The translations under genes and the position numbers were made by a program. A stretch of DNA of 55,427 nt from the NCBI RefSeq assembly GCF_001194135.2, contig NC_068992.1:51830734-51886160 (forward strand), written 5' to 3'. The notes below the pieces were generated by a model. It did no database searches and was not told the DNA's origin. It saw nothing but the letters and a program-made list of their open reading frames with translations. Positions within the stretch are counted from its first letter, which is position 1. Each line of letters opens with the position of its first letter. Source of the stretch: Octopus bimaculoides (lineage: Eukaryota). Shown piece after piece: positions 1 through 12,010 of this stretch.

Positions 1-6
1 ATACAT

Positions 7-44
<38 letters not shown>

Positions 45-87
45 GTATATGTGTGAGTGTATGTACACACACACACACACACACAAT

Positions 88-370
88 CATCTTCATAATA
101 TTTTAGCGTTTTTTTCTTCCATTTTTGCGGCACCTGGTGAGGTCTTACAGGATCTGGCAAATCAGAGAACTGAGTCATGTTCCAATGTTTCTTCTTCAGC
201 CTGATTTCTACAGCAAGATGCTCTTCCTTGCATTAGTCCCTTACCATTATGTACTAAGTGCTTTTATCCACGATACCATCACTGGTGAGATCAACATATA
301 GCTCACACGACTATGGAGCTCTTCGACTGAGCAGGACTACAGTAGAGGGGGAAGCAGCTTTATGCTAAGC
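88..370 (-). mobile_element. Degenerate family-E-like SINE remnant
   Basis: TTTCTACAGCAAGATGCTCTTCCTT resembles the reverse complement of the family E core (TTTCTACAGCTGGATGCCCTTCCT) seen at 48030-48065. Heavily diverged. Confidence 0.4.
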
Positions 371-669
371 AATGAAAAAGTTCAGGATTAAAAGAAGGAG
401 AGTGGGCAGTATTTTGGAAAGGTAACGCATTGATGCTCACATTATACAAGAGTAGGTGGAATTAATTGGAGTGTAGAAATGCAGAGATCAAGATAGTGGT
501 GATGAGATATCAGGGTGGGTCTTGGGAGGCAGAAGATGCGGAATGGTGGGTGGGTGGGTGGATGGTTAGGGGTTGCAAGAGTATTTGGGAAAGTGAGGGA
601 TGGTGTGAGATGGATCAGGTTACAAATATAGTAAGTGATATATGTGTGTGTGTGTGTGTGTGTGTGTAG

Positions 670-800
670 AAATAAGGTGAGTGTTTCTGATAGAATTGTA
701 ATGAGCTGATGCAAAACCTGGATTTAAGAAGCCTCAGGTGTCATGCACAGGAAAGAAACCTACAGTGGCATAGATATGTGATGCATATGTAGGGTGTCCT
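670..800 (+). mobile_element. RTE-type LINE ORF remnant (C-terminal part)
   Basis: Manual translation gives NELMQNLDLRSLRCHAQERNLQWHRYVMHM, resembling the RTE motif after the RT domain (R-L-x-W-x-G-H-V-x-R). It starts right after a (GT)n tract. Confidence 0.5.
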
Positions 801-1169
801 TTATATAAAGCAATGCCAATTGCTCCAGCTGCTTGAATCAGAGGAAAATAGAGTCCAAAGAAGTCCTTGGAATAAGTTTTATGACTAATCTCAACAACCT
901 GAACCTCATGACCAAATACTCTGTCTTTTGCTTCTTCTCCTCCTCATTGTCTCTCTCTCTCTATGACTCTTCTTCCTTGCTGTGTGAGCATATAGTGTTC
1001 CTTTACTCATTGTCTTTCACCAAGCTTCATAAGTGCCTTCATCCTGCACCACTTAAGTTAACTCTCTCTTTCTGTATCCCTCATTTATTCACTTTGCCCC
1101 TCTCTCCATATGATCCTTAGAGTGACTGGAGAATTCAGTCAGATGACGAACCTACCAACCAAAATATAC

Positions 1170-1462
1170 ATTGATTTCAAAATTTGGCACAACCCCAGTG
1201 CATAACTCATGCGTATTTTATTGACCTCACAAGATAAAAGGCTAGGTTGACCTTGGCAGAATTTGAACTCAGAATGTAAAGATGGACAAAATACAGCTAA
1301 GCATTTTGTCCATTATATCAGGTTCAAATTTTGGCACAAGGCCAGCAATTTCAGTGGAGAGGCTAAGTTGATTAGATCTACCCCAGTGCTCAATTTACAC
1401 TTATTGTATCGACCCCGAAAGCATAAAAGGCGAAGTCAACCTCAGAAGGATTTGAACTCAGA
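1170..1462 (-). mobile_element. Family B SINE, two partial units
   Basis: Contains AATTTGAACTCAGAATG twice and TTTTGGCACAAGGCCAGCAATTT, shared with copies at 10849, 20993 and 17270. Confidence 0.75.
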
Positions 1463-1574
1463 ATGTGCTATGGGAAAATCTTGAACACTCCTACATGACT
1501 GAAGATGAACAAATAATCAAAAATAAACAAGATCTGAGTGAACAACACCTGATGGGTGTTAGTATGGCCAGATT

Positions 1575-1795
1575 GGTTTACTCTGTTACTTTGATGTGTA
1601 TTGGTTCAACAGTCTGTAGTTGAACAGTGAATACGGAGCATCATGAGTATCATGCCTACAATCAAGTAGTATGGAGTGCATTCTGTGTTAACATAATTTT
1701 TTCTGTGTTAGGTTATTTTCAGATAACCACAGTCAAATATTTATTTGTGTAATATCATATTACACCAGACATGTCATAACCCATGTCATAACAGA
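1575..1795 (+). repeat. Unclassified interspersed repeat (family F), copy 1
   Basis: GTAGTATGGAGTGC...GTTATTTT...TTACACCAGAC also occurs at 34485-34670 (+) and as reverse complement at 6290-6490. Confidence 0.7.
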
Positions 1796-2704
1796 ATGTG
1801 AAGATGGAAAAAATGCCACTAAAAACTTAGCTCAGCATGTTACTGATTCTGCCAGTTTGCTACCTTATTTTGGCCAATATATTGGCTATTATAATATAGA
1901 GATCTGGCCAACATGGGTGATATCTCTCAATATTTTTCTTTTGTTTTTTTTTTCTTTTTTTGAAATCATTATACATTAATACTGTTACATCACAATAAAA
2001 CAAAATAGAAAAAAAAATATATCAATAAAATATATTCTAATTTTTTTAAATTTTTTTTTTATCGCAATTCATTTGAAATTGCCAACCAAAAAATATGCTG
2101 GTTTAATATTCATTTACCATATTAGATCAATATTTTTGATGATTTCGTTGAAATATAAAATAAACTGAGATACATTTTAGTCAAAAACTAGTTTATTATT
2201 ATCACCACCACCACCACTATCATCATCATCATCATCACCACCACCACCACCACCATGATCATCATTATCGCTATTTTAGTTGAGATGCAAGTATATTAAT
2301 GTGTGATCATCTCCAACAAGAGTGTAACATTTTAAGTTATCTCCTATGTTTGCCAATAAAAATATATTAGTCTCCAACAAATGGTATATTTATTTTTTTT
2401 CATCGCATATTTGATCTTAATTTAGGATATTTTTAATGTTGCCGGTATTAAAAAATAGTTTAACCCATATAATGCAGTTTCTAAATCTCTAAATTAATGT
2501 AGCTTTAAATAATTTCACATAACTCAGACTTTAGCTGTAACTATAAAATGAAATCTAACAGTGATTTAATTTCTCTTATTTTTGTATGATAAAAAAAATG
2601 AAAGGCAGTATTGCCAAAAAAATTGGGCAATGTTTTTAAACATTACAGATGTGTGCACTGAATCATTGCCATATGAATTTGAACTGGATGGTTTTGCTGT
2701 ATGG

Positions 2705-2782
2705 TATGTTGTCACGGAGACCAACACGTGGAGGTGGCTAAGGAAAGGTGATCTTAAAGGATGCACTGAGGCCTTGATATAA
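2705..2782 (+). mobile_element. R4/Dong-type non-LTR retrotransposon fragment (region upstream of the zinc knuckle/RLE)
   Basis: ORF-track peptide ends TNTWRWLRKGDLKGCTEALI, matching the W-x-W-L-x-K-G-D-L-K-x-x-T-E-A-L-I motif I recall from R4/Dong/Rex6-like elements. Confidence 0.65.
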
Positions 2783-2787
2783 CTTAA

Positions 2788-2940
2788 ATGATCCTGGAGG
2801 AACCGGTTGAAGCTGCTTGAGTACAATCTGTACATAATGTTTCCACAAGCAATGGACCTTCAGTTTTCAGTCAACATGATGATTTCATTCTTGGCTACGA
2901 GATTTGTCTGTGCTATAGCAAACCAAATTTGTTATGACAA
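2788..2940 (-). mobile_element. R4/Dong-type RT fragment (domains 1-2), inverted relative to the neighbouring fragment
   Basis: Minus strand reads KNEIIMLTEN*RSIACGNIMYRLYSSSFNRFLQDH. This is homologous to MYKRHTSCFIQFLQDH at 35439 and resembles the N-Y-R-P-I-A-C RT motif. Confidence 0.7.
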
Positions 2941-2979
2941 TCTGACCTTCCATAGTACTTCTGAATATACATATTAGTA

Positions 2980-3500
2980 TCAGGTCATATCATAAGTTCT
3001 GTCCGAATTTTGAATAAAGAAAACAAGTGATCAAATGTTATATTTAATTGAAATTTAATCATCAATGTACTTTCCCTGATTATCTATGACTTCCTTCCAT
3101 CTATTTACAAGCTTTCTAATCCCATCAATGTAAAACTCTTTTGGCTTCAAGGCAAAGAACTCAGAAATGTCAGTTTCAACCTCCTCCTGGCTTGTGAAAG
3201 TTATGTCCCCCAAATGATTCTGTAAACTATGAAACAAATGGTAGTGTGAAGGAGCAAGGTCAGGAGAATAAGGTGAATGAGGAATTTTTTCCTAACCAAG
3301 CTCTTCGATCTTCTGTGATGTGATCTTTGCAGTGTGGGGTCACGCATTGTCCTGATGAAACATCACTCCTTTTCGATTCATTAAATGGGGACTTTTTTCT
3401 TCAAAGCTTGGTTCAAAACACTCTAATTGCTAACAGCAGACTTAAGCATTGATTGTTGCATTAGGTGGTAACAATTGAAAGTGAATTATTTTGCTCCTGA
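2980..3500 (-). mobile_element. Mariner (DD34D) transposon remnant, 5'-truncated, retaining the 3' TIR; transposase pseudogene
   Basis: Minus strand reads FHQDNA*PHTAKITSQKIEELG*EKIPHSPYSPDLAPSHYHLFHSLQNHL...RWKEVIDNQGKYIDD* (stop at 3055). There are exactly 34 residues between the D of QDNA and the position of the third catalytic D (here H). It has two in-frame stops. The end is TA|TCAGGTCATATCATAAG at 2978-2996. Confidence 0.93.
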
Positions 3501-3749
3501 TAGAGCAAAGTATGGCTGAACCTGTGATTTTGGGGAAGAGAGAGTAAATCCTTAATTTATATGCAACAAATGATCGCGATATCTGGGACTACAAAAATCT
3601 GTAAGACCACAAGATTTAAAGGATTATGGTTAAAACAAGAGGCTTTCCTTCACAGCCATGCTACCAACTAGGTGGCTGGTTAAAATTTTAAAAAGGGAAG
3701 GGGAACATACATATACACATACATACATTCATATCTACATACATACAAA

Positions 3750-3910
3750 CATGCAACAGGCTTCTTTCAGTTTCTATCTATCAAATTCACTACAAGATTC
3801 TGGTTAACCTAGAATAAGAGTGAAAAAAAACTCTTGTCTAAATTGCCATACAGTAGGATTGAACATAAAATCATGTGGTTGAGAAGTGAGATTCTTAATC
3901 ACACAACCTT
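3750..3910 (-). mobile_element. Family A SINE head (degenerate)
   Basis: GGCTTCTTTCAGTTTC...ATGTGGTTG matches the head of the 34045 copy. Confidence 0.65.
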
Positions 3911-4813
3911 GTTTTTGTCATGGCTATTTAATCTAGTTCATTACAAGACACTGCTAAAGGTCTAATCATTATATTTTTATTTAGTTTTGTAAAATGTTCA
4001 AACTTCTGAAAGATTTCTTATAAGCACTCACAATGTTCCAGTCTTAGTAATCTTAAATGAATTCCAAACACATTTGATTCTGCATACTTTTTACAATGCC
4101 GATTTACAGCAAATACACAATGAACGAAAATCATTATTATTTTCTTAATAAACTCTAACAGACAGCCTAAATATCAAATTTTATCAGATGACTATTATTG
4201 TTAATACCACTAAGGTGCCTCACAGTTATAGAAGATTCACAGAAAATAATGGTCATTGCTGACAATTATCTGAATTATATAATCAATACGATTTTGTGGT
4301 CGCAAACTGAATGTTATTTTCCATGTCTCTCTTGTGGGTATCTTCTTTGTGACGAGACATCCAATGTCTACAAGCTATACAATCAAGCTACTGCAAATTC
4401 ACATTAGCATATTGTTTCTTACATTAGAATTCGTTATTTCATCATGGATTATATGTACAATGAAATGCTTTTGTTGACTGACAATTGAGAAAGATGGCAG
4501 TTATCACAGCATAGCTGTAAGGTTTCCTATCTTAAATAAATAACCAAATAAGATGAATTACTTTACACCAGAGTCCAGAAGCATTTTAGGAAATGCTGAT
4601 TGTAGTTAAGATACTGAGAGAGAAGTAAGCGGCTTTTGGCATTATTTTTCTACTGAAATTTGTATTGGTTATTTGGAATTGCATGCTAAATAGAAAAGCC
4701 ATTTTAACCAAATTAATGATCATTAATAAATCAGTGCATGTGCATAATTTCAATACTTTGTTAATCATTATATTCACCATATCCAATAATTGTATTTCTA
4801 CCATATATGCAAC

Positions 4814-5013
4814 AAGGTGGCAGAATCACTAGCGTGTTGGGTAAGATTCTTAGTGGTATTCCTTCTGGTTCTTTATGTTCTGAGTTCAAGTTCTGTGAAG
4901 GCTTGCTTTGCTTTCACCCTTATGGAGTCGATAAAATTAGTACTTGACAAGTACTTGGGTCAATGTCAACTTGCCCCCTTCTCACTGATTTGCAAGCCTT
5001 GTGCCAAAATTTA
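4814..5013 (+). mobile_element. Family B SINE
   Basis: GTTCTGAGTTCAAG...GTCGATAAAATTAGTAC...GCCTTGTGCCAAAATTT. Confidence 0.75.
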
Positions 5014-5054
5014 CATTCTATATATATTCTTATATATATTCATAAATATATTCT

Positions 5055-5463
5055 TTTATTTTTGTTTCAGTCATTTGACTGTGACCATGCAGGAGTACCA
5101 ACTTTAGTTGAACAAATCGGCCCCAGGACTTATTCTTTGTAAGTCTCGTACTTATTTTATTGGTCTGTTTTGCTGAACCACTAAGTTATGAGGATCTAAA
5201 CACACCAGCATCGGTTGTCAAGCGATGGTGGGGGAACAAACACAGACACACAAACATACACACACACACACACATACACACATATATATATATATATATA
5301 TGACAAGCTTCTTTCAGTTTTCGTCTGCCAAATCCACTCATAAGGCTTTGGTCAGCTCAAGGCTATAGTAGAAGACACTTGTCTAAGGTGCCACACAGTT
5401 AGACTGAACCTGGAGCCATGTGGTTGGTAAGCAAACTACTTACCACACAGCCACTCCTGCTCC
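5055..5463 (-). mobile_element. Family A SINE, full length (tail, (AC)/(AT) hinge, head)
   Basis: Colinear with the reverse complement of 34045-34466. Confidence 0.88.
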
Positions 5464-5530
5464 TATAAAGAATAACCACAAGACATTCTGTCCTACACTG
5501 TAATTACACAGCCAAATCACCACCCATATA

Positions 5531-5756
5531 TCATCATCATCATCATCATCNNNNNNNNNNCTTCCTAACGCCAACCACTCAGAGAGTGTAGTGGGTGCTT
5601 TTATGTGTCACCCGCACGAAGGCCAGTCAGGCGGTACTGGCAACGGCCACGCTTGAAATGGTGTCTTTTATGTGTCACCCGCACAAAAGCCAGTCCAGGG
5701 GCACTGGCAACGATCTCGCTCGAAAACCCTACGAAGGCCAGTCAGGTGGCAGCGGT
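5531..5756 (-). mobile_element. Family E SINE with internal tandem units, broken by a 10-N gap
   Basis: (ATC)n tail, then CTTCCTAACGCCAACCACTC and two repeated TTTTATGTGTCACCCGCAC...GCCAGTC...CTGGCAACG units. Confidence 0.82.
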
Positions 5757-6289
5757 ATGTATAAGAGAAGGCATAAATGAGGGTCATATATTTCTTTATT
5801 ATAGTAAATTTGATTTATAACAACTGTTTCCAGAAGTCATTATAGGTTTGTTATTGATTGGTTTACTCAATTGGCCCATTGATCAGTTGGGAAGAACTGA
5901 ATAACCTAGAGAATTAATGTTGCCTTTACAAGTGTCATTTTGCTCTGATAAGAGCCAACCAGAACACTGAAAGAATGAATACAGGCAGCATGAGAAAGAG
6001 ATCGAAGAGAGTCAATAAGTATAAGGTGAATGGAAGAGAGATAAAAGCGAAAGGGAAGAGAAGTGATGAGTTGGAAAAGGAAGGAAGAGAAAGAAAGAAA
6101 AGTAAGAGGGAAGCAAAGGAAAGAATAGAGAAGAGGAGGCATACAATGGAAGAATGGATAAGTGATGCCCAGAAATCAAAAAGGGGACAGTAATAAAAAC
6201 ATTATTGTGTGCAGTTGAGTTATCACACTCAAAATATTTGCCATTGTCTTCAGGTCAAATACTATCCAGATAACATATTGGAATTTGAA

Positions 6290-6490
6290 ATAGGTGTCAT
6301 GACATGGGTCTACAGGTCTGGTGTAAAATGGTGTTACACAAATAAATAGTTGGTTGTGGTTTGGTTATCTAAGAATAACCTATCACAGAATGCACTCCAT
6401 GCTACTTGAATATAGCTGTGATACTCAGAATTCACTGTTCATCTACAGACTGTTAAACCAACACATGTCAAACTAACACAGTAAACTAAC
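6290..6490 (-). repeat. Family F repeat, copy 2
   Basis: GTCTGGTGTAAAATGG...AATAACCTATCACAGAATGCACTCCATGCTAC is the reverse complement of the copies at 1575 and 34485. Confidence 0.7.
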
Positions 6491-6659
6491 ATGATTGAGC
6501 TAACACTGTCAACTACCCCCTTGATAGTTCACTCGAGTCTTATTTATTGTAATCAGTTACTCTGCCTTCACATGTTCCATCACGTGGGGTTCTTCGGGAT
6601 TCTCCCATAGCAATAGGTCACTTACACTTATGGTCAACTTAAATATTTAGTATCTTTTC

Positions 6660-6725
6660 TATTCTAGGAAAAGGTCCGAAATTTTTTGAGTGGGAGCAGT
6701 CGATTAGATCGACCCCAGTATGCAT
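6660..6725 (-). mobile_element. Family B SINE fragment
   Basis: CAGTCGATTAGATCGACCCCAGTATGCA is also at 18313. Confidence 0.6.
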
Positions 6726-7994
6726 ACCAATTTCAAATCATATCAAAGACTACTTGGGTGATAAACGTAATCAGTTGTCTACTTTGACACCCCTACCTGG
6801 CCTCACTGGGTGTTTTAAACATTTCATTGTATTACAAGCGATCATGCTATCTCTCCAGCATGAAGACTCTTTCCTCCCTTATACCCACCTGTCTTGAAAG
6901 CCTGTAAAAGGCCATGGGCATTGCCTTCCCTCTTGTGCAAAATGATACAAGACAAAATATATACTATACTTGACAATAAAACTGAGATTGTCCTGCTAGA
7001 ATAACTTTGATGTGTCTGGCCAATCAGGGTTCACCTGAACTAATAACAAATGAGGCTGGTAATTTTGGACCAAAATACTGCATGTCAGTATTACCAAGTT
7101 AGAACTGAGCCACTGAAGAAGCCTCTATGTGGTTCCTCCCCCTCCCCCTATATTTTTGATGTAATTTTCAATCAGAAGGAAATACAGATTGCTTAATAAA
7201 TAAAAGCATACACACTGGTGTTGTTCTACTGATTGCTAGATAAATATTTTCATGTTAGAAATTAGTTTTAGTTTGTCTTTTATTTCTGAAGAACTCACTC
7301 AGTGATATATTCTTTATCATCAAATATTCTGTTAAACAATTAACTAAAATCAAAAATGTTTAAAACTTGAAGCAAACTTTATTCCAAGATTAAAATTACT
7401 GACAAGGAACAGTTACCATTTTGAAGCTGTTAATTTTTCCAATAAAACCTATCAGTTCCATTTTTTTAAACATACAATGATTTGACATTTTAACTGCCAT
7501 GATAAAATAGCTTTATATCTAAGTTGTTTTAAATAAAATAGTTTTTATCAAATATTAGCATAAGCTTTATCTTTGCCATCTCTATAATAGAAATGATTGT
7601 ATTTAAATTAGGAATATCAGTGGAGTTAGTGCTAATCTTCTCAGTTTACATTTCATCATACAGTTTTCCCTCAACAGATGTGAAAATAAATAAAAGTTTT
7701 GAAATTTTTTTTTTTAAATAAAAGCCATATTATCATGGTTATTGTTATATGACATATTTAAAATGGCTGCCATGAAACTTTCATCATAGCAGTTAATTTT
7801 TCTCTCCAAGGAAAACATTTGCTTTATAAAATGAATATATAACAAGTATATCTATGATGCCAGTGCCATTTGTCTGGATGATACATTTAAACTTTGAGCA
7901 TTTCTGACACTAATCACTAAACCACAGAGCATAAAAAAAAAAAAATGGTATCTGACTATATCTAAAAACACACCTTGCTAGTTCATTGCTATCT

Positions 7995-8125
7995 CACCTC
8001 CTGTTCTCCTCCTTTTCCTCCTTTTTAATGTCCACTTTTCTTAAGCTTGCAATGGTCAAACAAAACTTGCTGATGTAAGACTTCCCACAGCTGGATGCTT
8101 TTCCTGTTACCAAACTTTAACTGTT
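7995..8125 (-). mobile_element. Degenerate family E tail
   Basis: Reverse complement reads GGAAAAGCATCCAGCTGT...AAAAGTGGACATTAAA, matching the E tail (GGAAGGGCATCCAGCTGT...AAAACGGACGTTAAA). Confidence 0.55.
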
Positions 8126-8213
8126 TCCAAGAAATTTAAAACTTCCCTTAATTCTTCAAATAAGAAACAGATGANNNNNNNNNNTCAAGATACATTTTTG
8201 GAGAAAGCTTGTC

Positions 8214-8490
8214 CACAATGGTTGGCACTCCTTCGGTTATGACGACGACGAGGGTTCCAGTTGATCCGATCAACGGAACAGCCTGCTCGTGAAATTAACA
8301 TGCAAGTGGCTGAGCACTCCACAGACACGTGTAACCTTAATGTAGTTCTTGGGGGTGATTCAGCGTGACACAGAGTGTGACAAGGCTGGCTCTTTGAATT
8401 ACAGGCACAACAGAAACAGGAAGTAAGAGTGAGAGAAAGTTGTGGTGGAAGAGTACAGCAGGGTTCGTGACCACCCACTACTGGAGCCTC
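8214..8490 (-). mobile_element. Family D SINE body
   Basis: TTGGCACTCC...GTTGATCCGATCAACGGAACAGCCTGC...GTACAGCAGGGTTCG is near-identical to 21814-22080. Confidence 0.85.
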
Positions 8491-9549
8491 GTTTCCAAAT
8501 TTTGTGGCATTTCATATGAGATTTTTAGTCCTCCAAAATCACAATGGATGGAGTATAATTTGAACTACTATTCTTGCAGAAAATTTAAATCTGAAAAAAT
8601 TTGACATGTCTACCAGAAAATATAGTATTTCAAAGTTCCATCAGTATATCAGTTTACTTAGTTTGTGATAACAGCTTGAACCATATCATTATTTTATTTT
8701 CTTCCTTTCATCATATATTCTCCAACAGCCTGTTAAAAAATTTCCAAGTCGAAAACTCAGTCCTTTAATGATTTTTGTAACAGAACAGAAATGAATTCTA
8801 GAAAAAAAAAAAAAAGAAAAGAAAAGAAAAAAAACAAAGAAAAGAAAAAAAAAATTTGGTTTTCTCTCTTACACTTGACAGTTCCTCATTTCTTTTGAAA
8901 TTAATGTAAACAAGGTTTGTACAATTCTTGCAGAATCATGCATTTCAGAATTAGCTGACCAATGCACTTTCATATGGCATTATATTGTACAGGAAATTGA
9001 GACTTTATATGAATAATACTGTTAAATTGTCAAGGTTTTGGCTTAAGAATTTAAATGCATTATTAGGTCATGATTTTCTATTAATTTTATCATATCATTT
9101 GACATATTCACATATAACATGAGGTAATTGAATCCTTTTGTAAATGAGCCTAGTTCAATAACGATTACATTGAGGGAAAAAACAAAATACTGTAGATCTG
9201 TAAAAGGAGTCTGTAACAAACAATGCCTTAATGAATGCAATGTTTTTTTGACATTTTGTCATAGAATAGATTACCAATTACATAAGTGAATGGAAATATT
9301 ATCTTATTGATTGATAGCATAATACTATCTTATATTATTTACAGAGTACAATACAAATCTTTTCAAAGCAAGCTTTTGTTATAACATTGAGCAGCTAAAT
9401 AATGAATACTCGTATGTGTGAATGGTAGAACTTACAAAATTGCCCTTGTAATATATGTGACAACAATAATCAACGTTTTTCACATAAAATTTAATACCTA
9501 TCAAATAAATTATAAAATGAATTCAATTTAATTTGTCATTGTCCTCAAT

Positions 9550-9586
9550 ACACACACACACATATATACATATATATATGCATATA

Positions 9587-9672
<86 letters not shown>

Positions 9673-9730
9673 TATATTATTCAAGCAAGTATACTTACAT
9701 TCATACATACATACATACAAACATACTCAC
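9550..9730. repeat. Compound (AC)/(AT)n/(ATAC) microsatellite
   Basis: Direct reading; source of the spurious YIYIYI ORFs. Confidence 0.95.
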
Positions 9731-10682
9731 TCATTTGTACACATACGTGTATATCAAATGAATAAAATTATGTAGTTACTTGATGTGCAGCCTAAATAAA
9801 AATATGTTCTGATGTTTCCAAATAATTATTATTCTACAAGGTTTCTATTTAATGACTATTAATTTACCTTTTCTTGTTGTTTTTCTTTATGCTGCCTGAA
9901 TCTTTTTAACACCTGTTGTAAGAACTATTATTTAAATGATATCAAACTGTTTGATTGTTCTATGTTAATGATAATCATATATTAAAGAATTCAATTACTT
10001 TAAAATTACACTTCCATATATGGTATAATTTTAGACTACTATAAAAATATATAATTTCCTTAAAGTATTGATTTTAGAAAATTTCTTTCTTGTCTTCAGA
10101 AAAGACATGTTCACATTCCAGTTTCCCCTGCAGCAATTAAATCAGCAGAACTGCAGGATTCCAGTTTATAATTGGAAATAACAATCAACATCAAGAGTTT
10201 CCTCTTTTGAAATTTAATTAAAATCTATTGAATAAAAAGGAAACTGTTATTCATTAAAGAGCTATATGCTTCCATAGACATGAATATGACAATTTAATAT
10301 AATTTACCTGCACAAATAATTAATGTGTAGAAATTGCTATTTTAAAGCCATGTTTAAATCTTTGTGATCTGTGTGGATAATGTAGGGAATGAGAACACTG
10401 GTAGCTTACCAGGTACACACATGTATATATGTGCTGTCTTAAGGGCAGAAATATTTTTATACCATTGGCACAACAAATATTCTTACACTAAAACTTAAAT
10501 GTTGTTTTCCTGACTGGTGTGGTGTCTGCTTCTATAGAAGCATTCATTCAGTTGTCATTGCTGTCTAGGACTGGGACCATCTCCTCCAAGCCCTTGGGTC
10601 AGTGGTGTCTAAAGGCATGGAATCAGTGAGCAGTTGCCCAGAGGCCTCATGGGTTTATGGGCCCAGTTCTGATCTCTCTCTC

Positions 10683-10730
<48 letters not shown>

Positions 10731-10848
10731 CATGCTGTCAATAAATATACAATCTATGGCTCAGTGATTGATTTGAGCAGTGGGGAGAGGTGGACAAATC
10801 AATGCTGCTAAGGTGGCTCTGCCTTCGAACTTTACTACTGTTTCTAAA

Positions 10849-11052
10849 ATTGGTTTCAAATTTTGGCACAAGGCCAGCAATTTCATGGAAGGGGCTAAGT
10901 TGATTACATAGACCCCCAGTGTTCAATTGGTACTTATTTTATCAATCCTCAAAAGGATGAAAGTCAAAGTCAACCTCAGCAGAATTTGAACTCAGAATGT
11001 AAAGATGGATGAAATGCTGCTAACCATTTTTCCTAGTGTGCTAACCATTCTT
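10849..11052 (-). mobile_element. Family B SINE
   Basis: GGTTTCAAATTTTGGCACAAGGCCAGC...GGATGAAAGTCAAAGTCAACCTC...TTTGAACTCAGAATG. Confidence 0.85.
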
Positions 11053-11064
11053 GATGTTTTTACA

Positions 11065-11580
11065 TCACAGTCACTTAGCAAATCAACAAAAGAGACTAAT
11101 AGAATAAGTATGTAGCTTCAAAGTAAAAAAAGAAGGTACTTTTTGGTTATCTCACCCCCATTAAAAAATTGGGTTATCTCCCCACCATTAAAAAACTGGG
11201 TTATCTCCCCTGACTAAAAAAATTGTTTAACAAAAAAATGGAAAAAATAATAAACATGAAGAGCAAAAATATTAAACATCTTACTGAATCTGATACCATT
11301 TTTATAACAAATCATGGCATTCCTATTGAGGAGGCCAAACACCAAAAATGGGTTGAAGTAATGAAATCAAAAGAACCTAACTCTTTTAATCCAATCTCTT
11401 GTCATATAAACTCAATTTTTTAGTGGGGAGATAACCCAGTTTTTTAATGGCAATTTTTTAATAGGGGTGAGATAACCAAAATGTACCAAAAAGAAGTACT
11501 GAGGTTATTTATTTGACTAAAATCCTTCAAGGTGGTGCCCCAGCATGGCCGCAGTCCAATGTCTGAAACAAGTGAAAGAT
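11065..11580 (+). mobile_element. Family A SINE tail interrupted by a MITE
   Basis: CACTTAGC...AAAAGAGACTAATAGAATAAGTA on the left and CCCAGCATGGCCGCAGTC...CTGAAACAAGT on the right of the insertion. Confidence 0.78.
11135..11487. mobile_element. Non-autonomous DNA transposon (MITE) with long TIRs and 8-bp TSD; Merlin-like
   Basis: Left end GGTACTTTTTGGTTATCTCACCCCCATTAAAAAATT; the right end is its reverse complement (AATTTTTTAATAGGGGTGAGATAACCAAAATGTACC). TSD AAAAAGAA at 11127-11134 and 11488-11495. Confidence 0.88.
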
Positions 11581-11789
11581 TAGAGATATCTATTGATTGT
11601 AGGAACATGTACATCTGTTTTGAATCCTTAAGTACTTTAGGTATGGGGCAGGGGAGCTAATGGTAGAAAAGGCAATTATACTTTTCTCAAGAGCATTTGT
11701 GATGTAAGTGAAATAATTAGAAACGGGAATCAAATTGGAATGACCCAGTTCTTCGTTTCTCTGTAGCCAGGATTTGAATTTGTAATGAC

Positions 11790-12010
11790 TATAATAATAC
11801 TACTGATGACAACGACGAAAACGACGGCAACAACAACAACACCACCAACAACAACTGCTATTAATACTACTACTGTTACTAACACTACCATCACCACCAA
11901 CAGGGCTGCTGCTACCACTGCTGCTGTTGCTGTCACCACTGCCACCGTCAACTCCACCATTACCTCCACCACCACTACCACCACCATTACTAGTGCTACT
12001 GCTGCTGTTT
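11790..12010. repeat. Cryptic trinucleotide array (ACA/ACC/ACT/GCT)
   Basis: Direct reading; gives poly-Thr/Ala/Val pseudo-ORFs. Confidence 0.9.

Noticed and set aside
2582-2782. Host exon DVCTESLPYEFELDGFAVW... with apparent AG/GT sites
   Set aside because: The 3' part is explained by an R4-type LINE remnant. The 5' part has no independent support.
7995-8125. Minus-strand exon ending in a strong donor GAG|GTGAGA
   Set aside because: The sequence is a decayed family E tail, with an upstream in-frame stop.
8730-10172. Strong pyrimidine acceptors followed by short open frames (8730: PVKKFPSRK...; 10100: KRHVHIPVSP...)
   Set aside because: Short, unrecognised, and not linkable into a gene model. 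T-rich acceptor look-alikes are common in AT-rich DNA.
11223-11423. 66-aa ORF inside the MITE as a functional gene
   Set aside because: Non-ATG start in the track, AT-rich, and no recognisable transposase motif.
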